48,307 bases of DNA, from the NCBI GenBank assembly GCA_023228665.1, contig JALOAR010000001.1, forward strand, positions 1 to 48,307, in the 5' to 3' direction. This DNA comes from Candidatus Colwellbacteria bacterium. GTDB lineage: Bacteria > Patescibacteriota > Minisyncoccia > UBA6257 > Colwellbacteraceae. A model generated the notes under the pieces. That model was not told the DNA's origin. It worked only from the letters and a program-made list of their open reading frames with translations, and ran no database searches. Every line of letters begins with the position of its first letter. Positions within the stretch are counted from its first letter, which is position 1. The position numbers and the translations under genes are program-made. Positions 8,119 through 16,642 of the stretch are shown here, piece after piece.

Positions 8119-9915
8119 TTAATCCAAGTATATAGTATCTTCGTCTTTATATTGAAAATTATCAAAGATAACCAGTTCGGGCGGTATTTCATTCAGGAAA
8201 CGAGAAGATCCGCGGAAGAAGGATATGGAAAGTTTTTTCTTCGCTCTCGTCATAGCTACATACATAAGGCGGCGCTCTTCCTCAATATCGTTTTCTCTAA
8301 ATATGGAGCGTTCGTGGGGGATGAGCCCTTCAGAGGCGCCGGCAAGAAAAATGTTATCGAACTCAAGCCCTTTTGCCATATGAATAGTCATTAGCCTGAC
8401 GGGAGAAGAGTCATCTTGGCGAGATGAACGCTCTTTAGGCTGATCAGTTGTTTCCAGAAGGGATATCCTTTCTACGAATTCGCTTACGCTACTAAATCCT
8501 CCGGCAAAAGAGATGAGCTCTTTTATATTTTCCATACGGTCTTCATAATTCTTTTCTTTTTGGATATAAATTGCGTAATCAGTTTCCTTAAGAATATAGC
8601 CGATGAATTCGACGGGAGATAAATTATCTGCCATTCCCGGCAAATTTTCGAGAATAGGCTTGATGCGGGTTTTTCTGAACCCTTTAAACATTCTTTCTTT
8701 ATTTATTTCATCAAGCGGATTGATGCCGTATTTTAGGGCGGAAACAATATCTTTTATTTCTTTTCGGTCGTAGAATTTAAGGCCTCCGTATATGAAATAG
8801 GGAATATCGGCAAAAATGAGAGCTTGTTCTATAGGGCGAGATTGGGCATTTGTTCTGTAAAGAATGGCGGAATTGATTCTATCTTCATTATATAATTCGT
8901 TTGCTAGCCAGTTTGCTTCTTCTTCAGCGTCTGCAAAACCGGATATTTTAATAAGGTCGCCTTCATTATTTTCTGTCCATAATTTCTTAGGGCGCTGGTT
9001 TAGATTATTGCTTATAAGGGCAGAAGATGCTCTGACAATATTTTGAGTTGACCTATAATTTTGATCGAGCACGACGACTTTTGCTTCAGGAAAATCTTTC
9101 TCAAAGTTAAGGAAGTTTCGGAAATCCGATCCTCTAAAACTGTATATGCTTTGGTGATCGTCCCCTACGACGCTTAGATTTCTTTCTTTAGCGGATAATA
9201 ATTTTATTAGCTTGTATTGAGCGGTATTTATATCTTGATATTCATCGACGAGAAAATATCGAAATATATTATGGTAGTTATCCAGTTTTTTTCGCGATTC
9301 TTGCAATAAGCGAACAGGTTTTTCTATAAGATCGTCAAAATCAAAAGCATTTTGCCTTTTAAGCGCATCTTCATATCTTTCAAAAAGCAATGATATATTC
9401 TCATCCTCTGCCGATTCAGCTCCGGCAAGTTCGTTTTTGATTCGGGAAAAATGTTTTCCAACTATATTGTGGTGATATTTAACTTTGTCGAGATCGGCGT
9501 TTTTAACTAAGTTTTTAATTAATTTAGCCATATCGTTTCCGTCAAAAATCGTAAAATTTCCGTTTCTGCCAAAGTTTCGAGATTCTTTCCTAAGCAATCT
9601 TGCGCCAAAGGAGTGAAATGTTCCTATAAAGGGAGTGTTTTCTTCTTTTGGCAAGAGGGCAAGTATCCTTTCTTTCATTTCCCCAGCGGCCTTATTTGTG
9701 AAAGTTATGGCCACTATTTGTTCAGCAGGAACCCCTTGAGACAGCAAATATAAGAGGCGGCTTGTAAGAGTCTTAGTTTTGCCTGATCCAGCACCAGCTG
9801 TTATTAACAAGGGACCTTTTTTGTAGCAGGCGGCTTCGAGTTGCTTTGGGTTTAAATCGTGTGGTAGTATCCCGGCCATTAGTACAGTATTATCAAAAAC
9901 GCTATATTTTACCAT
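8119..9915 (-). CDS. UvrD/PcrA/Rep-family ATP-dependent DNA helicase (short form)
   Basis: 598 aa. Walker A AGAGSGKTKT, DEYQD motif (VDEYQDIN), QNYRS, TIHMAKGLEF and YVAMTRAK motifs. Confidence 0.85.
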   Translation of the reverse strand: MVKYSVFDNTVLMAGILPHDLNPKQLEAACYKKGPLLITAGAGSGKTKTLTSRLLYLLSQGVPAEQIVAITFTNKAAGEMKERILALLPKEENTPFIGTFHSFGARLLRKESRNFGRNGNFTIFDGNDMAKLIKNLVKNADLDKVKYHHNIVGKHFSRIKNELAGAESAEDENISLLFERYEDALKRQNAFDFDDLIEKPVRLLQESRKKLDNYHNIFRYFLVDEYQDINTAQYKLIKLLSAKERNLSVVGDDHQSIYSFRGSDFRNFLNFEKDFPEAKVVVLDQNYRSTQNIVRASSALISNNLNQRPKKLWTENNEGDLIKISGFADAEEEANWLANELYNEDRINSAILYRTNAQSRPIEQALIFADIPYFIYGGLKFYDRKEIKDIVSALKYGINPLDEINKERMFKGFRKTRIKPILENLPGMADNLSPVEFIGYILKETDYAIYIQKEKNYEDRMENIKELISFAGGFSSVSEFVERISLLETTDQPKERSSRQDDSSPVRLMTIHMAKGLEFDNIFLAGASEGLIPHERSIFRENDIEEERRLMYVAMTRAKKKLSISFFRGSSRFLNEIPPELVIFDNFQYKDEDTIYLD

Positions 9916-9916
9916 C

Positions 9917-10489
9917 TTGATTGCCCTAATGGCTTTTGTAGCGCTTATTTTTTCTTTGCCGGCGCTTATTGTAGTAGATGGAATTGAAAAGAGTGAAAAA
10001 TCTTCGGCTGTTGCGATAAGTAAAAAAACATCTTCTTCTGTTTTTGATAAAGATATGCCTATCCCTCTTATAGGGGAAGGTATGATGATGGGCAGTCAGG
10101 ATTTTTCTGCGAATAATGCTCTTTTAAGGGAACAAGATTTTTCAGCCAGCCAATCTTATTCTTCTCTTAGCGAGGAAGGCGCTCAATTTGCCGGAGAGTA
10201 TGGCGATGAAGATGTGTTTTTTGTTTCTTGCGGTGTAAACGTCAAAGCTTTAAGATCCGGGCTCATAGTTGCTGTAGGGGAACCTGGAAAGTGGAATGAA
10301 GGCAGGGGAGGATATGTAATGGTAGAAGATATATATTATTCCGGATCGGTTACCGTATATTCTCATTTTTCTGAAATATATATTAATGAAGGCGATTTTG
10401 TTGAAGCAGGCGATAATCTTGGACTTGCCGGATCATCGGGAGATCTCTTGCCTGGGGGATCTTGCCAGTTAGGAATAGCGCTTAAATAA
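9917..10489 (+). CDS. Membrane-anchored LytM/M23-like domain protein lacking the catalytic His residues
   Basis: 190 aa. Start is TTG at 9917, or more likely ATG at 9929. N-terminal TM anchor. The C-terminal YSHFSEIYINEGDFVEAGDNLGLAGSSGD resembles the M23 fold, but no HxxxD or HxH motif is present. Confidence 0.5.
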   Translation: MIALMAFVALIFSLPALIVVDGIEKSEKSSAVAISKKTSSSVFDKDMPIPLIGEGMMMGSQDFSANNALLREQDFSASQSYSSLSEEGAQFAGEYGDEDVFFVSCGVNVKALRSGLIVAVGEPGKWNEGRGGYVMVEDIYYSGSVTVYSHFSEIYINEGDFVEAGDNLGLAGSSGDLLPGGSCQLGIALK

Positions 10490-10499
10490 ATTATTGATA

Positions 10500-12038
10500 T
10501 TATGGAAGGATGTTTTTTAACCGATACTGAAAAGCTTCGGCGACATGGTCTAAGCTAACGGTATCGGATGCAGCTATATCAGCTATAGTGCGAGATGTTT
10601 TAAGCAGCCGATAATAGCCTCTTGATGATAAGTGAGAACTGTCAAACATTTTTTTAACGAATTCTTCAGCTTCCTTTGAGAGGAAAATTGTTTCATCGCA
10701 TTGTTTTGAAGTGAGGGTTGCGTTGGCGCTGCATTTTATTCCGAATTTTTTAAATCGTTCTTTGCGGAACTCTATAGAAGAAGCGACGATATCTGTATAT
10801 TTATTTTTATTTTCCCCGGATTTTTTCTTTAATTCGTCGTATTTAATGCGGGGAACATTTATTTGTATATCTATGCGGTCCAGGAGAGGACCGGATATTT
10901 TTTTGCGATAGCGCAGAATGTCATATGCTCCGCAACGGCACTCGATGTCTGGATCTCCGTAATAACCGCACGGACAGGGATTCATCGCTGATACAAATTG
11001 GAATCGTGCAGGAAAAATAGCGTTTGTTTTAGCTCGAGATATGGCTACTTCACCAGATTCGATAGGCTGGCGCAGGGATTCGAGGACGTCGCGCCGGAAT
11101 TCCGGGAGCTCATCGAAAAAAAGAACGCCGTTATGCGCGAGACTTATTTCTCCAGGGCGGGGATTAGTGCCTCCGCCGATTATGGATATTGACGAAGATG
11201 TGTGGTGGGGGCTCCTGAAAGGGCGGTTTGTTATATAAGGCATTTCTTGAGAAAGCATTCCGGCAGCGCTCCAGTTTTTAGAAACTTCGATGGATTCTCG
11301 CAGGTTGAGGGGAGGCATTATTGATCCGAGGGCTTTTGCCAGCATTGTTTTTCCCGATCCTGGAGGGCCGACCATAAGAATATTGTGTCCTCCAGATGCG
11401 GCTACTATCAAAGCTCTCTTGGCAGATTCATGACCTTTGATATCAGTAATAGATATATCTTCTTTTACGGCGGTTTCGGGGGTTTTGTTTTCTAATGGGG
11501 TTATATCAAGAGATCCTTCGGCATATTTAGCGGCTTCCGCAATATTCTTAACGGGAATAATTTTTATGCCTTCAATAAGAGCTGCTTCACTTGCGTTTTC
11601 GGCAGGCAATATTATTTTTTCAAAACCTTTTTCTCGAGCCATTGAAGATATGTTAAGGGCTCCTTTAACGGGCCGGACGCTTCCGTCTAAAGCGAGCTCT
11701 CCGATGATGATAGAGCGTTCAATATTTTTAGGCCTTATTTCTCCTGTCGCTGAAATATAGCCGACGGCGATGCCGAGGTCGTATTGCGATCCGGTTTTAT
11801 GTATGTTTGCCGGAGCGAGATTAACGGTGATGCGCTTGTTTTCTCGATTAGGCGCGCGAAAACCGCTATTTTTAAGGGCAGAATTAACTCTTTCTTTAGC
11901 TTCAGAAAGGGCTTTGTCGGCGAGCCCGACAATGGCAAAATTATGGAGGCCGACATTAACGTCGACCTCTATAGTTATTATTTTTGCCGTAACTCCTTCA
12001 AGCTCGGCTGAAAAGAGCTTTGAAAGATTGCGGGGCAT
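10500..12038 (-). CDS. comM: Mg-chelatase-like AAA+ protein ComM/YifB
   Basis: 512 aa. N-terminal Lon-like domain, Walker A MVGPPGSGKT, Walker B VLFFDELPEF, and C-terminal ChlI/YifB-type helical domain. Confidence 0.9.
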   Translation of the reverse strand: MPRNLSKLFSAELEGVTAKIITIEVDVNVGLHNFAIVGLADKALSEAKERVNSALKNSGFRAPNRENKRITVNLAPANIHKTGSQYDLGIAVGYISATGEIRPKNIERSIIIGELALDGSVRPVKGALNISSMAREKGFEKIILPAENASEAALIEGIKIIPVKNIAEAAKYAEGSLDITPLENKTPETAVKEDISITDIKGHESAKRALIVAASGGHNILMVGPPGSGKTMLAKALGSIMPPLNLRESIEVSKNWSAAGMLSQEMPYITNRPFRSPHHTSSSISIIGGGTNPRPGEISLAHNGVLFFDELPEFRRDVLESLRQPIESGEVAISRAKTNAIFPARFQFVSAMNPCPCGYYGDPDIECRCGAYDILRYRKKISGPLLDRIDIQINVPRIKYDELKKKSGENKNKYTDIVASSIEFRKERFKKFGIKCSANATLTSKQCDETIFLSKEAEEFVKKMFDSSHLSSRGYYRLLKTSRTIADIAASDTVSLDHVAEAFQYRLKNILP

Positions 12039-12040
12039 AT

Positions 12041-12373
12041 CTATTTTTGGAGCTTGTGGGTTTTACAAAACCTTGATTCAGGAACGATGTTAAGTATTTC
12101 TTTTTCGATAGGGGCGCCACATTCTTCACAAATTCCGTATTTTCCGGATTCTATTTTATTTAATGCTGCGCGTACGTCTCCTATTCTGGATTTAATTTCG
12201 TGCCTTATTCCTGCTTGTTCATCTGCGGCGACTGATTCATCGGCTTCGTGTTCTTCGGGATCGGTATTATCACCATAGTCTATTATTTGCGGCATTTCTT
12301 CTAGCTCTTTTTCGAGCCTTTCTTCTAACTCTTCAAGGTCTTTTTTATATTTTTCTAATTCTTCGCGGTTCAT
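12041..12373 (-). CDS. DksA/TraR-family zinc-finger protein
   Basis: 110 aa. Acidic coiled-coil N-terminus, then CEEC-x17-CKTH at the C-terminus (the fourth ligand is His, not Cys). Confidence 0.75.
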   Translation of the reverse strand: MNREELEKYKKDLEELEERLEKELEEMPQIIDYGDNTDPEEHEADESVAADEQAGIRHEIKSRIGDVRAALNKIESGKYGICEECGAPIEKEILNIVPESRFCKTHKLQK

Positions 12374-12375
12374 CC

Positions 12376-12381
12376 TATAAT
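12376..12381 (+). promoter_or_regulatory. -10 box (TATAAT) placed for a leaderless or near-leaderless ruvA transcript
   Basis: TATAAT ends 8 nt before the ruvA ATG. The whole divergent intergenic spacer is 16 nt and has no Shine-Dalgarno sequence. Confidence 0.35.
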
Positions 12382-12389
12382 TCTAACAT

Positions 12390-12947
12390 ATGATATATGC
12401 CTTAAAAGGAGAGATAGAAGAGGTTTATCCTAATTTTGCCGTAGTGTCGGTTGCGGGCGGAGAGTCTTATAAAGTGTTTATGCCGGCAGGAAGCGTGGGT
12501 TCTTTCAGCGCAGGCGACAAGGTGAGAATATTTACTTGCTTATTTTCGAAGGAAGACGGAATGGATTTATACGGGTTTATTACTCAAGAAGAGAGGGAAT
12601 TGTTTGAAATGCTGAACACTGTTTCAGGGGTCGGTCCAAAGGCGGCTCTAGGAATATTAGATCTTGGGCCGGCGGATCAGATAAAGGGGGCTATAAAAGA
12701 GGGCAAGACAGAGGCGCTGACTAAATCATTTGGAATAGGAAAGAAAACAGCTGAAAGGGTAATAGTGGAACTAAGGGATAAAATAAAGGACGGGGGAGAA
12801 GTTCCTCAATGGGATGAAGACGTCTATGATGCGCTGGTTAAATTGGGGTATAGGAGAGACGCAGCAAAAGAAGCTATAAAAAAAATAAGCAAGGATGCGG
12901 AAACGACGAACGAAAGACTAAAAGAGGCGTTGAAATATATTAAATAA
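12390..12947 (+). CDS. ruvA: Holliday junction branch-migration complex subunit RuvA
   Basis: 185 aa. N-terminal OB domain (MIYALKGEI...), HhH motifs (LNTVSGVGPKAAL and FGIGKKTAERV), and C-terminal domain III. Confidence 0.9.
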   Translation: MIYALKGEIEEVYPNFAVVSVAGGESYKVFMPAGSVGSFSAGDKVRIFTCLFSKEDGMDLYGFITQEERELFEMLNTVSGVGPKAALGILDLGPADQIKGAIKEGKTEALTKSFGIGKKTAERVIVELRDKIKDGGEVPQWDEDVYDALVKLGYRRDAAKEAIKKISKDAETTNERLKEALKYIK

Positions 12948-12981
12948 TAAAAGACAACTCACAAGAAATAATTATTTAAAA

Positions 12982-14151
12982 ATGATAAAAAGACTAAAAA
13001 ATATATATCATTATTTGCTTGCCTGGTTAAGCAATATTTTATGCGGAAATCCTTCTAGAAAATTATATGTAATAGGAGTTACGGGCACTAAAGGAAAGTC
13101 GATGACGGCAGAACTTATCGCTACGGCTTTAAATGCTTGCGGAAAAAGAACGGCAATTATTTCTTCAGCTCATATTGTTATTGGAGAAAAAGAAGATAAA
13201 AATTTTAGCGGCAATACTATGCCAGGCAGGGGAAAAATACAGAGAATATTAAAGAAAGCGGTGAAAGAAGGATGTAGATACGCAGTGATAGAAGCGACGT
13301 CGGAAGGCGTTTTGCAGCACAGGCATAAATTCATAGAATGGGATGCTGCAGTTTTAACGAATTTACATCCGGAGCATATAGAGCATCATGGCAGTTTTGA
13401 AAATTATCGCGAAGCAAAGCTTGGTTTTTTCAGATATGCGGCTTGCTCTCCTAAGCAAAAAAAGCTCTTTTTTATAAATAAGGAAGATGAGAATGCGGAA
13501 TATTTTTCTGAAGCGGCGGGAGATAATCAAAAAATTTTCTTTAAGGGAGTTTTTTTGAAGGCTAATTATGCAGCAGCAATAGCGGTTGCAGAAAGCCAAG
13601 GATGCAACGCAGATATGGTGGGAGACGCTTTATTTAAGTTTAAAGGGCTTTCCGGGAGGGTAGAAACGATAACAGAAAAACCTTTTAAAGTGATTGTTGA
13701 TTATGCTCACACGCCAGATTCTCTAGAAGAGGTATGTAAGTGGGCGGCTTTGCCTTTTAAGATAGAAGGAGCCAGCAATAAAAAAATGATATGCGTTCTC
13801 GGTTCTGCCGGGGGAGGCAGAGATAAGTGGAAAAGGCCGAAAATGGGAGAAATTGCTTCAAGGTATTGCGATGAAATCATAATTACCAATGAGGATCCGT
13901 ACGATGAAGACCCGATGGAAATAATAAACAGCGTTGCCGAGGGAGCGGAAAAATCAAGTAAAAAAGTTTTTAAAATAATTGACCGACAAGAGGCGATAGA
14001 TAAGGCTGTAACGCTGGCAAATGAGGGAGATGTGGTTATTTTAACCGGAAAAGGAAGCGAGCCGTATATACATCTGGCTAAAGGAAAGAAGATTGAGTGG
14101 TCTGAAAAGGAAGCAGTAATGAAAGCGATAAAAGATAGAAATAGCGTATAG
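12982..14151 (+). CDS. Mur ligase family protein (MurE-like central and C-terminal domains, no N-terminal UDP-binding domain)
   Basis: 389 aa. P-loop GVTGTKGKS at aa 33-41, TNLHPEHIEHHGSFENY, DYAHTPDSLE, and GSAGGGRDKWKRP...ITNEDP in place of the MurE DNPR region. Confidence 0.75.
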   Translation: MIKRLKNIYHYLLAWLSNILCGNPSRKLYVIGVTGTKGKSMTAELIATALNACGKRTAIISSAHIVIGEKEDKNFSGNTMPGRGKIQRILKKAVKEGCRYAVIEATSEGVLQHRHKFIEWDAAVLTNLHPEHIEHHGSFENYREAKLGFFRYAACSPKQKKLFFINKEDENAEYFSEAAGDNQKIFFKGVFLKANYAAAIAVAESQGCNADMVGDALFKFKGLSGRVETITEKPFKVIVDYAHTPDSLEEVCKWAALPFKIEGASNKKMICVLGSAGGGRDKWKRPKMGEIASRYCDEIIITNEDPYDEDPMEIINSVAEGAEKSSKKVFKIIDRQEAIDKAVTLANEGDVVILTGKGSEPYIHLAKGKKIEWSEKEAVMKAIKDRNSV

Positions 14152-14177
14152 ATTTGAAAGTCAAAATTTTTAATTTA

Positions 14178-14212
14178 TAAAAAGACCCCGTTTATTCGAC
14201 GGGGTCATTTTT
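14178..14212. terminator. Bidirectional rho-independent terminator
   Basis: Stem gaccccg / cggggtc with a 9-nt loop, A-run upstream and T-run downstream. It overlaps the last codons of the 66-aa minus-strand ORF. Confidence 0.7.
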
Positions 14213-14392
14213 GGTCATTTTGGCAAGGATAAACCAAAACGTAAAACCAAGTAATTTTGTCATTATAAATTCGAAAGAAAATACATCTTCTGATTCGCAA
14301 GCAATAAGTATCAATCCTCCGATCAGCAAGAAAGCTTCGATAGCTGTTCTAATAGACGCCCTAATCCTTTGTTTTTTTGTGGCAGTCATCAT
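14192..14392 (-). CDS. Small two-TM membrane protein (orphan)
   Basis: 66 aa. GGAGGTG Shine-Dalgarno 7 nt before the ATG, with its own consensus promoter. Confidence 0.55.
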   Translation of the reverse strand: MMTATKKQRIRASIRTAIEAFLLIGGLILIACESEDVFSFEFIMTKLLGFTFWFILAKMTKNDPVE

Positions 14393-14428
14393 TTAACTGC
14401 ACCTCCTTTGTAAAGATCTTATGCCTTA

Positions 14429-14457
14429 ATTAAAGCATAAAAATATATATTTGTCAA
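14429..14457 (-). promoter_or_regulatory. Sigma70-type promoter, TTGACA-N17-TTTAAT with extended TGc
   Basis: Minus strand reads TTGACAaatatatatttttaTGcTTTAATtaa upstream of the SD and ATG of the 66-aa ORF. Confidence 0.6.
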
Positions 14458-14467
14458 GTGAAAAAAG

Positions 14468-14506
14468 ACAGAAAAAAATCCTCTGGGCCGTTAGGCAGCA
14501 GAGGAT
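14468..14506 (-). terminator. Rho-independent terminator of the 94-aa ORF
   Basis: Minus-strand stem atcctctg / cagaggat followed by seven T. The loop contains the stop codon. Confidence 0.65.
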
Positions 14507-14775
14507 AGATCAAGGATTTTTCCTTTATATATGATAAATGTTCCTTTCGGGGCTTTAAGATCCTTGGGTACTAAGTCTGATTTTCTTTTGGCTGGAGGGC
14601 TGCATATAATCTTTACGGATTCGGGAATGCTTTTTCCTTCTATTTCTTTATAGGCCAGATAAGCTAGTTTATAAGCCTGTTTTGGGCTGAAGGCACCAAC
14701 CACGAAAGACATTACTAAGTTGTAGGATCTTTTTTCTCTTAGAAAGAGGTTAAAATACTTTCTACTACTAGTCAC
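14491..14775 (-). CDS. Hypothetical small protein (orphan)
   Basis: 94 aa with a GTG start, preceded by GGAGGTG at 7-nt spacing. Has its own consensus promoter and terminator. Confidence 0.55.
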   Translation of the reverse strand: MTSSRKYFNLFLREKRSYNLVMSFVVGAFSPKQAYKLAYLAYKEIEGKSIPESVKIICSPPAKRKSDLVPKDLKAPKGTFIIYKGKILDLSSAA

Positions 14776-14814
14776 TTATAAACACCTCCAAAATATTTTT
14801 ATTGTGCTGGGTTA

Positions 14815-14843
14815 ATTAAATCACATAAATATTTAATTGTCAA
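14815..14843 (-). promoter_or_regulatory. Sigma70-type promoter, TTGACA-N17-TTTAAT with extended TGa
   Basis: Minus strand reads TTGACAattaaatatttatgTGaTTTAATtaa. Same architecture as the promoter at 14429-14457. Confidence 0.6.
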
Positions 14844-14899
14844 GTATAAAAGAATAAAAAATAAAGCGAAATATTGCTTTGATATAATAAAAAGAAACA

Positions 14900-15106
14900 A
14901 TGCTAAAAAATTACAATCACGATCTTATTCAGCAGTTGTCAGAAATATCGGACAGCCTTTGGAGAATAGAGGATTATATAAAAAATTCCGAGGGGTGCGA
15001 CAGCTGCGCTAATATGTGGAGAGAGATGAAAGAGGACTATGAAAAGCACGTGGAGATGTTGAAGGACGAGATCGCTAAACATGTTAAGGAAGATAAGTTT
15101 AATTAA
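14900..15106 (+). CDS. Hypothetical small helical protein with a CxxC motif
   Basis: 68 aa, charged and helical (…EGCDSCANMWREMKEDYEKHVEMLKDEI…). Divergent from the 94-aa ORF. Confidence 0.5.
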   Translation: MLKNYNHDLIQQLSEISDSLWRIEDYIKNSEGCDSCANMWREMKEDYEKHVEMLKDEIAKHVKEDKFN

Positions 15107-15146
15107 AAAATAAAGTTAATTTGGGGAAAAAGGATAAGTTTATTAC

Positions 15147-16562
15147 TTGTCCTTTTTTGAGTTATTATTTAATGAAATGAAGTTATATTTTTATGGAGGA
15201 GCGCAGGCGGTTACCGGAGCTAATTATTTACTGGAAGGAGAACCTAACGCTAAAGGAGAAAAAACTAAAATACTTATAGAGTGCGGATTATCTCAAGGCA
15301 CAAGAAAAGAAGAGAAAAAAAATTATAATCCTTTTCCTTATGACCCGAAGGAAATCGATGCTCTTTTAATAACCCACGCCCATATAGACCATACGGGCCG
15401 GGTTCCATTTCTTTACAAATCCGGTTATCGCGGTCCGATATATTCAACTCCTCCGACGAAGGATTTTACGGAGGATCTTCTTGTTGATTCCCAAGGACTG
15501 ATAGAAAAAGAGGCAAAAAAAGACGGGCGCGATCCTTTATATTCTTTACAAGACGTAAATAACTCGATGTTGCTTTGGAGAGGAGTAAAATATCGCGAGC
15601 CGATAAGGATTAAGGAATTTGATGTAGAGTTTTTTGATGCCGGACACATACTTGGTTCCAGTTTTATAAAAATAACTGCTAATTATAAGGATAATAAAAA
15701 AACGCTGGTTTTTTCCGGCGATTTAGGAAATGTCGGCACGCCTCTTGTTAAGGACACGGAAAGCTTTCAAAACGTTGATTATGTTGTTATGGAGGCTCTT
15801 TACGGAGACAGGCTGCACGAGAATGTTGAAAATAGAAAAGATTTGCTAGAAGACGTGATCGAAGAAACAGTAACTGCCGGAGGGGTGCTTATGATACCGG
15901 CTTTTGCAATGGAGAGAACGCAGGAACTCTTATATGAAATAAATGAGCTTGTAGAAAATACGAGGATACCGAGCGTACCGGTATTTATAGACAGTCCGCT
16001 TGCTATAAAGCTTCTTGCGACATACGAGAAATATTCGGATAATTCGGACTATTTTGATAAGGAGGCGATAAAGCTTTATAAGGAAGGGGATGAAATATTT
16101 AATTTTCCGAGGTTAAAGTTTACCCTTACTACCCAGCAGTCTAAAGAAATAAACGATGTGCCTCCGCCAAAAATAATAATAGCCGGTTCGGGGATGTCTG
16201 AAGGAGGGAGAATAATCCATCATCAATACAGGTACGTATCTGATCCAAAAAGCACGCTGCTGTTTATCAGTTATCAGTCTCCCGGATCATTAGGGCGAAA
16301 AATAAAGGACGGACAGAAAGTGGTTAAAATATTCGGAGAGGAAAAGATTGTCAGGTGTAAAGTTCGTTCAATAGGAGGATATTCGGCGCATGGCGATCAG
16401 GAAAAGCTGCTTGATTGGCTCCGTCCGGCCAAGTCTTCGCTTAAAAAAATATTTCTTGTACAAAGCGAGGGCGAAGCGGCGGAGATTTTTGCCGGCAAGG
16501 TTAGGGACGAACTTGCGATAGATGCGGTTGTTCCGGATCCTAAGGAAGCAATTGAGTTGTAG
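15147..16562 (+). CDS. MBL-fold beta-CASP ribonuclease (RNase J/CPSF-like)
   Basis: 471 aa. HAHIDHTG metallo-beta-lactamase motif, beta-CASP region and C-terminal GYSAHGD motif. The likely true start is the ATG at 15177 (MKLYFYGG). Confidence 0.85.
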   Translation: MSFFELLFNEMKLYFYGGAQAVTGANYLLEGEPNAKGEKTKILIECGLSQGTRKEEKKNYNPFPYDPKEIDALLITHAHIDHTGRVPFLYKSGYRGPIYSTPPTKDFTEDLLVDSQGLIEKEAKKDGRDPLYSLQDVNNSMLLWRGVKYREPIRIKEFDVEFFDAGHILGSSFIKITANYKDNKKTLVFSGDLGNVGTPLVKDTESFQNVDYVVMEALYGDRLHENVENRKDLLEDVIEETVTAGGVLMIPAFAMERTQELLYEINELVENTRIPSVPVFIDSPLAIKLLATYEKYSDNSDYFDKEAIKLYKEGDEIFNFPRLKFTLTTQQSKEINDVPPPKIIIAGSGMSEGGRIIHHQYRYVSDPKSTLLFISYQSPGSLGRKIKDGQKVVKIFGEEKIVRCKVRSIGGYSAHGDQEKLLDWLRPAKSSLKKIFLVQSEGEAAEIFAGKVRDELAIDAVVPDPKEAIEL

Positions 16563-16642
16563 GGGAGCTTATAAATTAATAAAAGATTTCTTTAAGATAA
16601 TTTTCTAAAAAGGTATAATTTTAAAAAATACAGATAATTTAT

